From: Octopus bimaculoides
Lineage: Eukaryota
Direction: 5' to 3'
NCBI RefSeq assembly: GCF_001194135.2
Contig: NC_068984.1
Span: 34,525,162 to 34,589,161, forward strand
DNA: 64,000 bases
Shown one piece after another: positions 51,225 through 64,000 of the stretch. The notes beneath the pieces are model-generated. The model was not told the origin of the DNA, ran no database searches, and was given only the letters and a program-made list of their open reading frames with translations. How positions within the stretch are numbered: the first letter of the stretch is position 1; every line of letters begins with the position of its first letter. The position numbers and the translations under genes are program-made.

Positions 51225-51647
51225 TTCAGTAGTTTTATTTTTAAAACGTGCTTTCACTTCACTACCGAGCGCAGCTCTGTGTGCCTTGGGTATGTGCTGT
51301 GGTTTGCTGTGATGCTCTTATGGTTNNNNNNNNNNNNNNNNNNNNNNNNNNNNNNNNNNNNNNNNNNNNNNNNNNNNNNNNNNNNNNNNNNNNNNNNNNN
51401 NNNNNNNNNNNNNNNNNNNNNTAGATGTATTTGTCATGATAGGAATTGTTTCTGTTTTTAGATTCCACATTCGAGTTACCTCTATTTCCAGGTCTTTGTA
51501 TTTTAAAAGATTTCCATTTCTTTTAGGGAAACGTTGTCATCTCCTGGTATTGATACATCAATTAGAAAGCATTTTTTTCTTCATGACCTTTGGCAACTAT
51601 ATCTGGTCTATTTGCCTTAATTTCTCTATCTGTGTGTATTGGCATGC
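51225..51647 (-). mobile_element. R4/Dong-like RLE LINE 3' fragment, subfamily A (gap inside)
   Basis: MPIHTDREIKANRPDI..KCFLIDVSIPGDDNVSLK..KYKDLEIEVTRMWNLKTETIPI; 3' UTR nearly identical to 40915-41016. Confidence 0.9.
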
Positions 51648-51649
51648 TT

Positions 51650-52260
51650 GACTTTTGCTTTGTATTTGTACAAGTAGACTCCAAGTGTCACCAAGGGACC
51701 TCAATAGACAACAAGTTAGAAATTGATGTTGGTGTTATGACTAGGGTGCTATATATTTGGTTTTTCTCAAAGTATTGTACTAGAGAATGTTTAAGAAATC
51801 ATAAGAAAATTATAAGCTTGCTTTAAAATTTGATATTACATAGACAGTATTTTACATTGGATATGGAGAATTCCCAAGGGCACTAGTTTTGATTTCCTGG
51901 TATCTGAACTTTGGATTTCCTGGTATCTGAGCTATGTAGAAATCAGCCCCTTTTGCTATCAATCCTAATGCACTTATGACAACAGGTATTGTTTTATTCT
52001 TGAGGTTCAACATTTTTCCAATTTCTATTTCAAGATCCTTGCTCAGTGTTTGGTAGGACTTGACAGATACATTTATGGCGATTGGGACACTCATATCGAT
52101 GAGGATGCATGATTTTTGTCTGAAGTCCTTCGGTATAATATCTGGCCTGTTCGCTTCTGTCTCTCAGTCAGTTTGAACGGTGGAGTTCCAGAGGCGTGAG
52201 ATGTGGTAATTTTGAAGCACTGGAGGTGATTTGTGTTCCCACCAGTTGTTATCATGGTGC
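51650..52260 (-). mobile_element. R4/Dong-like RLE LINE 3' fragment, subfamily F
   Basis: ANRPDII..SCILIDMSVPIAINVSVK..KDLEIEIGKMLNLKNKTIPVVISALGLIAKG; internal 17-bp duplication GATTTCCTGGTATCTGA (51891-51907 and 51914-51930). Confidence 0.85.
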
Positions 52261-52292
52261 AGGTTTTTGCAAATTACACAATGAATATACTA

Positions 52293-52362
<70 letters not shown>

Positions 52363-52364
<2 letters not shown>

Positions 52365-53425
52365 TTTAATTTAATTTTTTTTTTTTCAAATTTTCCTTCA
52401 TTTCNNNNNNNNNNNNNNNNNNNNNNNNNNNNNNNNNNNNNNNNNNNNNNNNNNNNNNNNNNNNNNNNNNNNNNNNNNNNNNNNNNNNNNNNNNNNNNNN
52501 NNNNNNNNNNNNAATTCAGAGGTAAGATATGTTTTTAAAAAACATTAATGAATAAATAAATAAATTCATGAATGGATGTTATTTTCACAGCGATAATGCT
52601 CTTCTCAGTACATGAGTCGTACCAGTTAACACAATTTTTTGCACTTCTTGTAGGGATGGTGAGAGTGATATCATTTTCAAATAGGTTTCAGTACCTTTTT
52701 TAAATCATTCCTAGACATCCTAATATCACTGTTACGGTAGTCGCCTTGAGATGCCACTTTTTTTCAATTTCTAGTAGCAAGTCTTTATATTTACTGATCT
52801 TGTCAAATTGTTTCGCCGCTATATTGTGATCACAAGGAATACTCATGTCAGTTAATAAACACATCTTTTTTGTCTGATCTTTTATAATAATATCCGGTTT
52901 ATTAGCTTTTATAGGTTTATCGGTATGTACGGGGAAGTCCCAGAGAATCGACACATTTTCTTCCTCAGTCACAGCTTCAGGATGGTGTTTATACAAGTTG
53001 TCAGCGGTTTCGATTTTATAATGCCGACATTGCAAATACTTGCCGACTCTGTCATGTCTTGCTTTATATTCTACAGGTGCTAAGACTCTACACCCTGAGA
53101 TTAGGTGGTCTATAGTTTCTATCTCAACGTTACAGAATCGGCATTTTGGATCAGCTCCATTTTTTTTCATCACATTGGCTTGGTAGTTCCGGGTTAATAA
53201 GCTTTGGTTTTGAGCAGCTAATATGAAACCTTCACTCTCTGCTTTTAGCCCTGAGCTTCGTAACAATTGATGCGTGTGTTTCTGGTCGACATCAGCTTGT
53301 TTGCTGCGGGCTATATACTTGCCATGCAGAAGTTCTGTTCCAATCTGCTAGCTAATATTTCATGTGCTTTTGTCTTTGCAATTAATTTTATTCTCTGTGC
53401 AGCAGAAGTTTGCGCATTTCCTTGA
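52363..53425 (-). mobile_element. R4/Dong-like RLE LINE, ~1.06 kb 5'-truncated copy, subfamily B, flanked by (TAA)n on both sides
   Basis: ORF 52700-53266: LKAESEGFILAAQNQSL.TRNYQAN..DPKCRFCNVEIETIDHLISGC..YKARHD..ILWDFPVHTDKPIKANKPDII..CLLTDMSIP..KYKDL..; after a frameshift continues to QEVQKIVLTGTTHVLRRAL. Confidence 0.93.
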
Positions 53426-53750
<325 letters not shown>

Positions 53751-53755
53751 TATTA

Positions 53756-53975
53756 GGCGAGCTGGCAGAAACGTTAACACGCTGGGCGAAATGCTTAGCG
53801 GTATTTCATCTGCCGCTACGTTCTGAGTTCAAATTCCGCCGAAGTCGACTTTGCCTTTCATTCTTTGGGGGTCGATTAAATAAGTACCAGTTACGCACTG
53901 GGGTAGACTAATCGACTTAATCCCTTTGTCTGTCCTTGTTTGTCCCCTCTATGTTTAGCCGCCTGTAGACTATAA
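53756..53975 (+). mobile_element. Full-length tRNA-derived SINE family 2
   Basis: GGCGAGCTGGCAGAAACGTTA..GCGAAATGCTTAGCGGTATTTC..GAGTTCAAATTCCGCCGAAGTCGACTTTGCCTTTC..AAGTACCAGTTACGCACTGGGG; eight other copies recognised. Confidence 0.9.
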
Positions 53976-55096
53976 ATAAATAATAATGATAAAAGTAATT
54001 ATTATTAATAGTAGTAGTAGTAGTGGCGGTGGTAGTGGTAGTCGTCGTCGTCGACGTAGTAGTACAGGTGTACAAGTGTACAAGTGGTGGTGGTTGTGAT
54101 GGTGATGGGGGGGGGGGGTAATAGCTGCAGAGCGCCGCAGCAGCAGCAACGTATCAATAGTTTACAAGCGTAATTGTTATTCAACAGAGATATATTGTTG
54201 GGGCAAGTTATCAAGACTCTCTTCGAGGTAGTATCATACATCCTAGAATCAGGACAAACCGAACTTTCTGTTAGTATTACTTCTTCAGTTATGATGTTTT
54301 AATCGAGCATACCGGCACACATTCTGTGAAATAACGACTGAACCTACAACATTAATGAAGCAAACTCCATACAACGCTTGAAGGTCTAAAAAATAATAGC
54401 AAACCACAATGATATCCTGCTATATGAAAACATGGAAACTGAGCGTTGTGTGGTGCACTCATTAACATTAACGCGATTTCAGGAACTGATCTCCATGATA
54501 AACAACCATATCGTTCATCCGAATTTGGTCTCTATTTGAGTGAAATACAATGCTTTTAAAAATTTATCATTGACTGAATCTCTATCATAGCTAACATGTA
54601 TTAATACACTAATTATGTGAATATGTAAAATTATCACTGCAAGTAATAATTCATGGCAAAGAAACGGAGATAACATGGTTTGGAACTAATTTCGAAGCCG
54701 GACAACAGATACTGTTGAAAGCGAAGGTGATTGTAAAAGCAATGAATAAAATTTCACCGGATTATATAACCAAAAATGAATATGTGTGAATTCAATAAGT
54801 GCGTATTGGATAGCATTGCATTGTCTTCCCCCAAAACATGAATCAATCTGTTTGCACTACACTTTTAGAAAGTTCAAAGAGAAATATATATGGGGCTGGT
54901 TGTGTATGTGCGTGTGTGTGTGAGAGAGAGAGAAAGAGAGAGGGAGAAGCATTTATTTGTATTTACTTGTATTATTTGTATTTATTTGTATCGAGTTCTG
55001 ACGAAGAAATAGCCAAAAAAGTGAGACAAGGATTTTTGCAGTCTTCAGTTACAGTAGACGTAGAAATTCAGTCGTTGTTATAATAAAGAGAAGAGA

Positions 55097-55154
<58 letters not shown>

Positions 55155-55162
55155 GTAATAAT

Positions 55163-55196
<34 letters not shown>

Positions 55197-55250
55197 TAAT
55201 ATCTGCAACAACAACAACAACAACAACTATAATAACAATGATAATAATAT
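55097..55250. repeat. (TAA)n/(CAA)n microsatellite field
   Basis: Directly visible. Confidence 0.9.
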
Positions 55251-55586
55251 ACTAATTACTCTTTCAATGATTTGTTGGAAAACTGACAAAAGTTTAAAGT
55301 GTGAAAAGAAATTGAACGCAGAAAATAGAGCAACTTAACAAAAGAAATATCATTAACGCTTTTCTTATTTAACATTTTTAATTTTCTTTTCTTCCATGTA
55401 TTTATTCTGCATGTTTCTTGCAGCAACAAAAAGTATTTATGTGAAGAAGGTTAATAAAGAAATTCGCATAATAGCTAATTAATTCGATATGATCCCTTTA
55501 AGTAGAATACATACATACATGCACATAGACACGCTCATATATCTATTTTATATATATATACATACATATATGTAAATACATATATG

Positions 55587-55617
<31 letters not shown>

Positions 55618-55629
55618 GTACACACATAG

Positions 55630-55712
<83 letters not shown>

Positions 55713-56274
55713 TACCAACCGACAGACAGAAACAGAGAGGGGGAGAAGAATGGATTGGCAGATGCATAGATAAATGCGGTGGTGTCATATATATAATGAA
55801 AGAAATACAAAATAACTTCTTGTGTTTTGTAATCAATTAGCTTCATGCTATTTTTTTTCCTTTTAAAAGGATCTATTTTCATGGGCAAATTGGCTGGTTG
55901 GTGATACTTTCTATAACTCTGCTAATAAGAGATCGATATTGTGTGGGTCTGAGAAACTAATGGTTGTTCTAAATTTCAAGTTACAGTTGAACAATTCCTA
56001 CCAGTGGGAAAGAATTAACGTCTCAACTTCCGATTTATTCTGATAAAGACTTCCATGCTATGTCAGCCTATTATTGAAAAGTGTTTCTGCGGCCGTGCGT
56101 AGATACATGTACTGAAAGAAAAAATGTCGTTCTAATGATGCATTGAATATTTATTGAAGTTAAGTTAATCTTCATAAAGACATTAATATTGGCAATTGAT
56201 TGATTTACACATATACACACACACACACAACACACACACACACATACACACACACACACGCACGCACGCACGCG

Positions 56275-56315
<41 letters not shown>

Positions 56316-56991
56316 AGATATATATATGATGTATTTCGGGGATAAAAGCCGTGGATATTTTTGCGTGTGTCAGAAACAGTGGCAATATATATTTAGTTGC
56401 ATAATAGTACAGGAACTAGCAGATTTCAGGTTTCATTTACTGCAGGGATGCTGGGCTATTATAACTATGCGCAGTTAGAGAAAAAAATTGATTGGTAGCC
56501 TGTTGATTAGTAAGCTAACAGTAAGTCAAATGAAGGCCATGAAATGGTGATTTGTTTTTTCGTCTTATATAATAGAGTAAAATAATGCACTAATTTTTTC
56601 TCGTCACTAATTGTCATAGAATTTGAATCTTGTGAAAAAATTGCTACTGCAGCTATATCAAAGATTATGAATAGTGATGTCTGTGCTTGAATTTGTTTTG
56701 CAGGAGTGAAATTTTTCGAAACAGATGTCTTAGTATGGTACTCAAAATATGTGAGAACGGTGACCCTGAAAGAAAGATATAACATCTAAAGCTTGTTGAT
56801 TTTATACAGTCGAAAACAGGCGTTTGGGTAAACACTTTTGATAAGTATTGCTCTATATGATTGCTGATCCGTTATCCATATGTGAAAGTTTGAATATATT
56901 CTACATGAAGATCTCAAATCTAAAATGATGGCTGCTATCCTATCAGTTGCACGTATAATTAGACAATAACTTAGTTATGTTTTCTAAATAA

Positions 56992-57180
56992 TGCGGCGAA
57001 CAGGCAGGATCCTTACCACGCAAGGTAAAGTGTTTAGTATCATTTCGTCCATCTCTACGTTTTAAATTCCACCGAGGTTGACTTCATTGTTCATCTTTTT
57101 AGGGTCGGTAAAATAAGTACCTGTTGAATACTTGAGTCGATATAATCCACTTAGCCCCTACCCGCAAATTGCTGACTTTG
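56992..57180 (+). mobile_element. SINE family 2, diverged
   Basis: TTTAAATTCCACCGAGGTTGACTTC..GGGTCGGTAAAATAAGTACC. Confidence 0.75.
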
Positions 57181-57510
57181 AGGAAAATTTTGAAAACAAT
57201 ATCTGTATATATAAAAGGCAAGACTTAGCTGTGATCTTAACTGCGGTCCGCTTCTGACACAGAGAATCTGGAGCCCTTTTGGGCATTCTATTTTCCTTGC
57301 TGGAAGGGCTCTCAACCCATGGGCAAAGAGAGGTTAGATGATGGGGTGGTGTTTTCAAAGGGCTGGCATGTGTAACCTGATCACCTCTGCCGATCAAACT
57401 CCCAGCCCATGTGCTCCCGTCGCGACACTAATTCTGCCCAAATTTGACGTCGATGTTACGTAGTTTGTTTCGAAATAAAGAACTTGATTAGCTTAATAAT
57501 CCTAACTTAA

Positions 57511-57541
57511 TCCCAGGCAAAACCGGGCTATACTGCTCGTT
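57511..57541 (+). mobile_element. Possible Helitron-type 3' terminus (GC hairpin plus CTAG-like end)
   Basis: CCCAGGCAAAACCGGGCTATACTGCTCGT resembles the CCCGGGCAACGCCGGG..CTAGT ends of non-autonomous Helitrons, with mismatches; no 5' end identified. Confidence 0.4.
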
Positions 57542-58619
57542 ATATATATATGTGGATAATGAATATGAAGAATGGTAGATTATGAAAGGAAGAGAGCAGT
57601 CATTTTGGTTGGTTTATAATTTGTTTGCATTTGTCACTAGTACTAAGAATTAATAGGATATTCGCTGTAAGACATGATATTTACAAGTGGTAATGTATGT
57701 TCTCAACCTTATATCATGCATAAATGTTTACAGGTTTCGTAAGTTAGCATGGAGTATAAAGAAGATAAATCAGATGACAATCCAGTTCCGAAGTGTAGGA
57801 TGCCTCTTCTTATCTCCTCGACATACACTCTCATCCAAACTTATGAATTTTACAGCATAAATCTTTTGATATAGTGGACTTTGTCTATTATACATAACTC
57901 ATACAATAGCAAAGCTTGCTTTTGATGATAATATTTACTATGAAGTTTTAGTCGACACTATTTATGAACAAATTAAAGTTAATATTAATCGTACGAACAT
58001 GAAAGACGTTACAGACTGCCCGATATATCTAAATATTTAGTTGGTTTTTACATGTAACTATGGTTAACATCTATTGGCGTACTTCGTAATAAACTTTAGT
58101 GTCTAGTATGATGGTTACTTTATGGCTCCTAAAAATAATGTTTTGAACTATTATTCACAGTTTATGTCACTCAAAGGATTAAAAGTTGGAATAGTAGTGC
58201 TTCAAATAAGTTACACAAAAATTATTCTGTTAGCTTGCAATCATAAGTGTAATGGATACAGAAGGTGCAGCCAGGTAAAATGTTGTTGTAATAATTTAAT
58301 GGTGCACAATATGATGGAGACAGCAATGAGTCATATCCATAAAGAAGAAGCGAAGCAATATGATAACATCTTAATAGAGACACGAATTCCTAAAAGCTGC
58401 AGCCAATATGCTCTCAAATAAAATATGCTCATAGCGAAATACCTGTTCCAACTACGGTAAAATCGTCCCTAAACAAAGTAGAGATGTAATCAAAATATGA
58501 ATATATGGAAATAGTGATTACTAAATAGTAGAAAATCAGCTAGCACAATCATTCAAACTATAATGTTCATAGCCATGATAAGAATATTTTTATAAGCAAA
58601 TACACAACTACAGCCATAC

Positions 58620-59503
58620 AACTTTCAGACAAGCAAAACAGAAAATCAAAAGCCCTACTAGGAACTGTACGCATAATATGCGGAGCACTTTAACTACAAG
58701 AAAAAACGCAAAACGGAAAACAAAGTAGCCAAAAAGTAATTTTCCAGTAAATGTCAGATGAAACGGATAAAGAGTCCTGTAAATGGTTAAGGCATGGATT
58801 TTATAAGACGTGAATGTTTGCTGCTCAACAACAAGCTTAAGAAACTGATCCAATTTTATGTAGCATTGATAAAACAGCAGAAACTGCAGAAACACCTTGG
58901 TATATATTATGTAAAGGAATTAGCTGAGATAGTTAGATATGTAATTAGTAGATGCTCAAAACCGGTCCAAAAGGAGTACAAAAAAACAAACAAACACAAT
59001 GTCAATATGGAAGTGAGAATAGACAGGGTGTTGTTCAGAAAGTATGGGCTATAAAGTTCCAACGAGCAGTATGAGCACCAACCTTTAGCAGTAACAGAGA
59101 ATGATCATGTGAAATTCACAAAGGATATGCCTACCTACACAGCTCACTCATCAGATATCAGTTTTCTACGGTATGAGTCCAAAGATTTGACCTCCATCGA
59201 ATTAGCCCAGAATAGTGTGAAGATAGACAACGAGAAAGTCGACAAGCTCCAAAACCTAGCACTGGACGTTAAGTCCGCCCGTAGAACTACAAAAGTGAAT
59301 ATGTTACCTATTGTAATGGGAGCATTCGGGATCATCTTACAGAAAGCATCTTGCAGAAACTGACATGAAATGCTACAAATGCCAAAGTTTATCGGAAATG
59401 AATTGCTCGCAGCATTACGTAAAACAAAAAGTGTGTTGAGGAGAGTGTTGCGTCTCAAACTTCGAGGAGTTGCGATGTGATATAGATATCTCATGAGGAA
59501 AGA
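58620..59503 (+). mobile_element. Old, highly degenerate R4/Dong-like RLE LINE
   Basis: YVISRCSKPVQKEYK..H, YEHQPLAVTENDHVK, EKVDKLQNLALDVKS..KVNMLPIVMGAFG, KSVLRRVL; ends in (TAA)n. Confidence 0.75.
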
Positions 59504-59559
<56 letters not shown>

Positions 59560-59760
59560 GATCAATGCCTACCTACAAAGAACTACCAGGCCAACATATT
59601 AAAGAACGGCAGCTCCCCATTATGTCGTACATGCCAACAACAAAATGAGACCATCGATCATGTTGTCTCCATGTGCAGTCTGCTTGCGCCTACAGAGTAT
59701 CTCAACAGGCATGATAGAGCTGCACAATATATTCACTGGATAATATGCAAAAACCTGGAC
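59560..59760 (+). mobile_element. R4/Dong-like LINE with uninterrupted CCHC region, running into a ~1 kb gap
   Basis: Open 67-codon frame DQCLPTKNYQANILKNGSSPLCRTCQQQNETIDHVVSMCSLLAPTEYLNRHDRAAQYIHWIICKNLD starting immediately after (TAA)n. Confidence 0.92.
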
Positions 59761-60748
59761 NNNNNNNNNNNNNNNNNNNNNNNNNNNNNNNNNNNNNNNN
59801 NNNNNNNNNNNNNNNNNNNNNNNNNNNNNNNNNNNNNNNNNNNNNNNNNNNNNNNNNNNNNNNNNNNNNNNNNNNNNNNNNNNNNNNNNNNNNNNNNNNN
59901 NNNNNNNNNNNNNNNNNNNNNNNNNNNNNNNNNNNNNNNNNNNNNNNNNNNNNNNNNNNNNNNNNNNNNNNNNNNNNNNNNNNNNNNNNNNNNNNNNNNN
60001 NNNNNNNNNNNNNNNNNNNNNNNNNNNNNNNNNNNNNNNNNNNNNNNNNNNNNNNNNNNNNNNNNNNNNNNNNNNNNNNNNNNNNNNNNNNNNNNNNNNN
60101 NNNNNNNNNNNNNNNNNNNNNNNNNNNNNNNNNNNNNNNNNNNNNNNNNNNNNNNNNNNNNNNNNNNNNNNNNNNNNNNNNNNNNNNNNNNNNNNNNNNN
60201 NNNNNNNNNNNNNNNNNNNNNNNNNNNNNNNNNNNNNNNNNNNNNNNNNNNNNNNNNNNNNNNNNNNNNNNNNNNNNNNNNNNNNNNNNNNNNNNNNNNN
60301 NNNNNNNNNNNNNNNNNNNNNNNNNNNNNNNNNNNNNNNNNNNNNNNNNNNNNNNNNNNNNNNNNNNNNNNNNNNNNNNNNNNNNNNNNNNNNNNNNNNN
60401 NNNNNNNNNNNNNNNNNNNNNNNNNNNNNNNNNNNNNNNNNNNNNNNNNNNNNNNNNNNNNNNNNNNNNNNNNNNNNNNNNNNNNNNNNNNNNNNNNNNN
60501 NNNNNNNNNNNNNNNNNNNNNNNNNNNNNNNNNNNNNNNNNNNNNNNNNNNNNNNNNNNNNNNNNNNNNNNNNNNNNNNNNNNNNNNNNNNNNNNNNNNN
60601 NNNNNNNNNNNNNNNNNNNNNNNNNNNNNNNNNNNNNNNNNNNNNNNNNNNNNNNNNNNNNNNNNNNNNNNNNNNNNNNNNNNNNNNNNNNNNNNNNNNN
60701 NNNNNNNNNNNNNNNNNNNNNNNNNNNNNNNNNNNNNNNNNNNNNNNN

Positions 60749-60853
60749 AAGAAGAAGAAGAAGAAGAAGAAGAAGAAGAAGAAGAAGAAGAAGAAGAAGA
60801 AGAAGAAGAAGAAGAAGAAGAAGAAGAAGAAGAAGAAGAAGAAGAAGAAGAAA
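60749..60853. repeat. (GAA)n microsatellite
   Basis: Directly visible. Confidence 0.95.
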
Positions 60854-63077
60854 GATATCCATGAAGGAGGTAGGTGTAGTTAAAATGAGAGATTGAGTGA
60901 ATATATCGTTGATAAGTCATGTCTCAGGAAATATAAAGATAAGAATAACTAAACACCATATCTTACTTCCAAAACTTATTTGCTTTAATTCTAGTTAGAA
61001 TGACAGTTGCATAATATGATCATATAAACTCTCCGTTTGTATTCTTCGTGTATTTTAATCTTCCCTACCCCCTTTTTGTGTGTTTATTTTTACTCTTGCG
61101 TTACTTTAGCATAATCAACAATGTTGGCTGGAGGGAAATATATAATTGGAAAAGTAATAAACACTTTCAAGCTTGCAATGAAAAAAGACATATCACAACA
61201 GGTATGTAATAATGAGATAAGGTTAATTAATTTTTCACCCTCCATCTAAATAGAAAACGCAAATTCAACTTCGTTCAGATGCCAATAATTATTCTGTTTG
61301 TCTTTTCGAAACTCTATTGTTGACTTGATAATAAGAGGAATATGTGAGAGTTACTACGTGTAGTTTGTGATTCGAATTTAAAGAAGCGGGATCATTTTTA
61401 TAACTAAGATTACATGTAATCTAATGAATGTGAATTATAAAATGGTTAAACGAAATCAGTTATTACATAAATATCATTGGTATGCTACTTCCATAACTTA
61501 TTTGTTTTAAATCTACGTATGTGATACAAGAAATTTACAAACAAGTATACCAGTTCTATGTGTTTTTCTGTGTACTTGATTATACACATACGCACAGGAA
61601 TCAGCACGCGCACATGCATACGCATATATACATTGAAACTCTCATAAAGAAACTTACACAAATGTTAATAAAATTATTTAACGAAGATGTATAAGAACAT
61701 TCGCGGAACCAATTCCCCATATATGTTTAACAGTAATACAAATATATATTTAAGATGTGTAACCTGAAATGTTAGGTAAGAAATGTGTCTGAAAACGCTT
61801 TGATACGATTTCCTTTATTAAAATCGAAAACCACATTCACTAACTCCTTTCACTCCACTCAGGTTTCCACCGTCTCTGATACATCCTTAATTTTCTCAAC
61901 AGTACTACATGGATATCTCGTCGTACTCCCACCTTTTCCTAACCTTATGACTTCAAATCATCCAATTCTATTACTTCAAAATCCTCCATTTTTTCACCTT
62001 ATATAGCTACAACTGTAATTGTTTAGAACCGATCTAAACGTGGTCAGTCTATCCATATGAAATAAGTACTCTCCCATCTGTATTCAAGAGCTGAATTTCC
62101 CTTGCTTGTGTCAATGATTACGTTCCGTCCATATACTTCATGTCCGGAATCTAAATCACGACTCCTACGAGAAACCTACTACCCCAATACTGTACACCTG
62201 TAGTGCAGAATCCAACGCTACTGCCCCTGCCTACAATCTAACCCTATTACGTGTGTTTCATTTCTCACCGTTCCTTACGTTCAGCTAGCCCACAAATTAT
62301 GCAACAGTTTCTGTTCACATCATCTAATTTCCCGCCCTCTTTCCTCCTCGAGGGCCACATCTCTGTTCTCGTTCCTGGTTTCTTTTTAAGATCTCCCTCA
62401 CTGGACGTAGCCATGGTTGTTACTCCACATTAAGGACTCATTCCTTTGTATCTTTAACAACCTCATACATGCTTTCGAATTTCTTTAGTGGAAGTTGATC
62501 TACCACAGGTAAACAAAGCCAACCGACTTGACAATAGGTCGCCTCTTTAACGATATTTCTGCCCCAATCACTCTTCATATCTTCGGTCTTAGGTTCGGAT
62601 TCCAACATCGAATCTCGATTCATTCATCTTCAGTGAGAATATCAAAGCAACCTCTCTCTCAAAAATCACCTGCAGCAAGATTTGAGCCCACAACATAAAA
62701 GAACACAGCAAAAATAGTATCGATTTTTCGGATTCAGGATCCCTAAAAACGCCAAAACGAATGTTACGAAAAATATATTTGAATATAGGAGTGAACAATA
62801 AGAAGGGATAACAATGATTAAAAGAAAGGCGATGGCAATAATTGTCGGTATATTTTTGTGATGATAGTTATGTTAATGATGAAGATGGCCATAAAGCGAA
62901 TGATAATGATAAACGAGTGTATCAGAAGAAATGTGTTCAATGATTGAATGATCGATGAAAATGAATCCTTAATGAATGTGATTATTATGTAGATTTCGAA
63001 GAGGATGACAGAGAGAAAAACATTCATAGCGACATAAATATCAAGAAGCATTATTAAAATCAAAACAAAATATAAGT

Positions 63078-63078
63078 A

Positions 63079-63116
<38 letters not shown>

Positions 63117-63131
63117 ATAAATAAATACAAA

Positions 63132-63221
<90 letters not shown>

Positions 63222-63260
63222 TATTATTATTATTATTATTATTACTATTATTACTATTAT
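63078..63260. repeat. (GAT)n and (TAA)n-(TTA)n microsatellites
   Basis: Directly visible. Confidence 0.95.
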
Positions 63261-63484
63261 TATTGTCCTTGTTGTCGTCTTTGTTATTATTATTGTTATT
63301 TTATTTATTGGCCACTAGGCTCGAAATATAGGATTATAACAACATCAACAACAACAACAATAATAATAATAATGATAAAAATAATAATAACGCAATAATA
63401 ATAATTGGTAATATTACTGCACATGATTAATAATATTAGAGCCTTACTATCTGCATTATCCTCGTTACTTGTAGTGTTATTATC

Positions 63485-63487
<3 letters not shown>

Positions 63488-63557
<70 letters not shown>
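63488..63557. repeat. (TAA)n microsatellite
   Basis: Directly visible. Confidence 0.95.
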
Positions 63558-64000
63558 GTTATAGTAAGCACTTTTGTAATGAAAGTAATAACATCCTCAA
63601 TGACACAAAGCAAAAGTAATAACGAACAAAAGTATAATCTAATTCTATATCCTTTGTTCTAAATGTTTTGCTTTTGCTGCTTTTGTTATAATTGACATTG
63701 CTAAAGATTATAATATAATAAACACCATAGAGAAACACAAGTTAATTATCAGAGAAAAAATGTGAAGAACAAGCACAAGTATGTAAATTTAACCGACAGC
63801 GATAACGTTGAAAGATTAAATGTCAAACGACGTTGATAATCTGTATATTTTGACGATCTTTGTTGACAATGATTGTGATGGTTGATGTTAATAGTAGTGA
63901 TGGTGTTAGTGATGGCGATATTAGAGGGCGTAGTGTGGCTCAGGGTTGTGGTAGTGATGGTGGAATGAAAGGGAGAAACTGTGGTTGTAAGTTTTATTTT

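Noticed and set aside
61800-62800. Possible minus-strand L1/Tx1 ORF1-endonuclease relic (LNVR.., LQV..)
   Set aside because: Only 3-4 residue resemblances among many stops.

Overview
Eukaryotic, very AT-rich, microsatellite-saturated draft-assembly DNA with about 20 N-gaps. It is most consistent with an octopus (coleoid cephalopod) genome; this is inferred from the SINE families and repeat landscape. Only one protein-coding exon is supportable: a minus-strand exon (39598-39802) encoding the C-terminal two-thirds of a V-type Ig domain of the lachesin/DIP/Dpr/IgLON-like neural adhesion family. The rest is probably very large introns or intergenic DNA. It contains (i) about a dozen 5'-truncated R4/Dong-type non-LTR retrotransposon fragments (CCHC finger plus restriction-like endonuclease) from several subfamilies, most abutting (TAA)n on the element's own strand and stacked in same-orientation clusters; (ii) three or four tRNA-derived SINE families; (iii) a Chapaev3-like transposase relic and a possible Helitron end; and (iv) a short repeat at three loci (11.5, 34.4 and 42.8 kb) that folds as a minimal type I hammerhead ribozyme, with a palindromic helix III and a compensatory change in helix II, as in Penelope-like elements and retrozymes. 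Almost all long ORFs in the track are artefacts of microsatellites and N-runs. All alignments and identity figures were done by eye.
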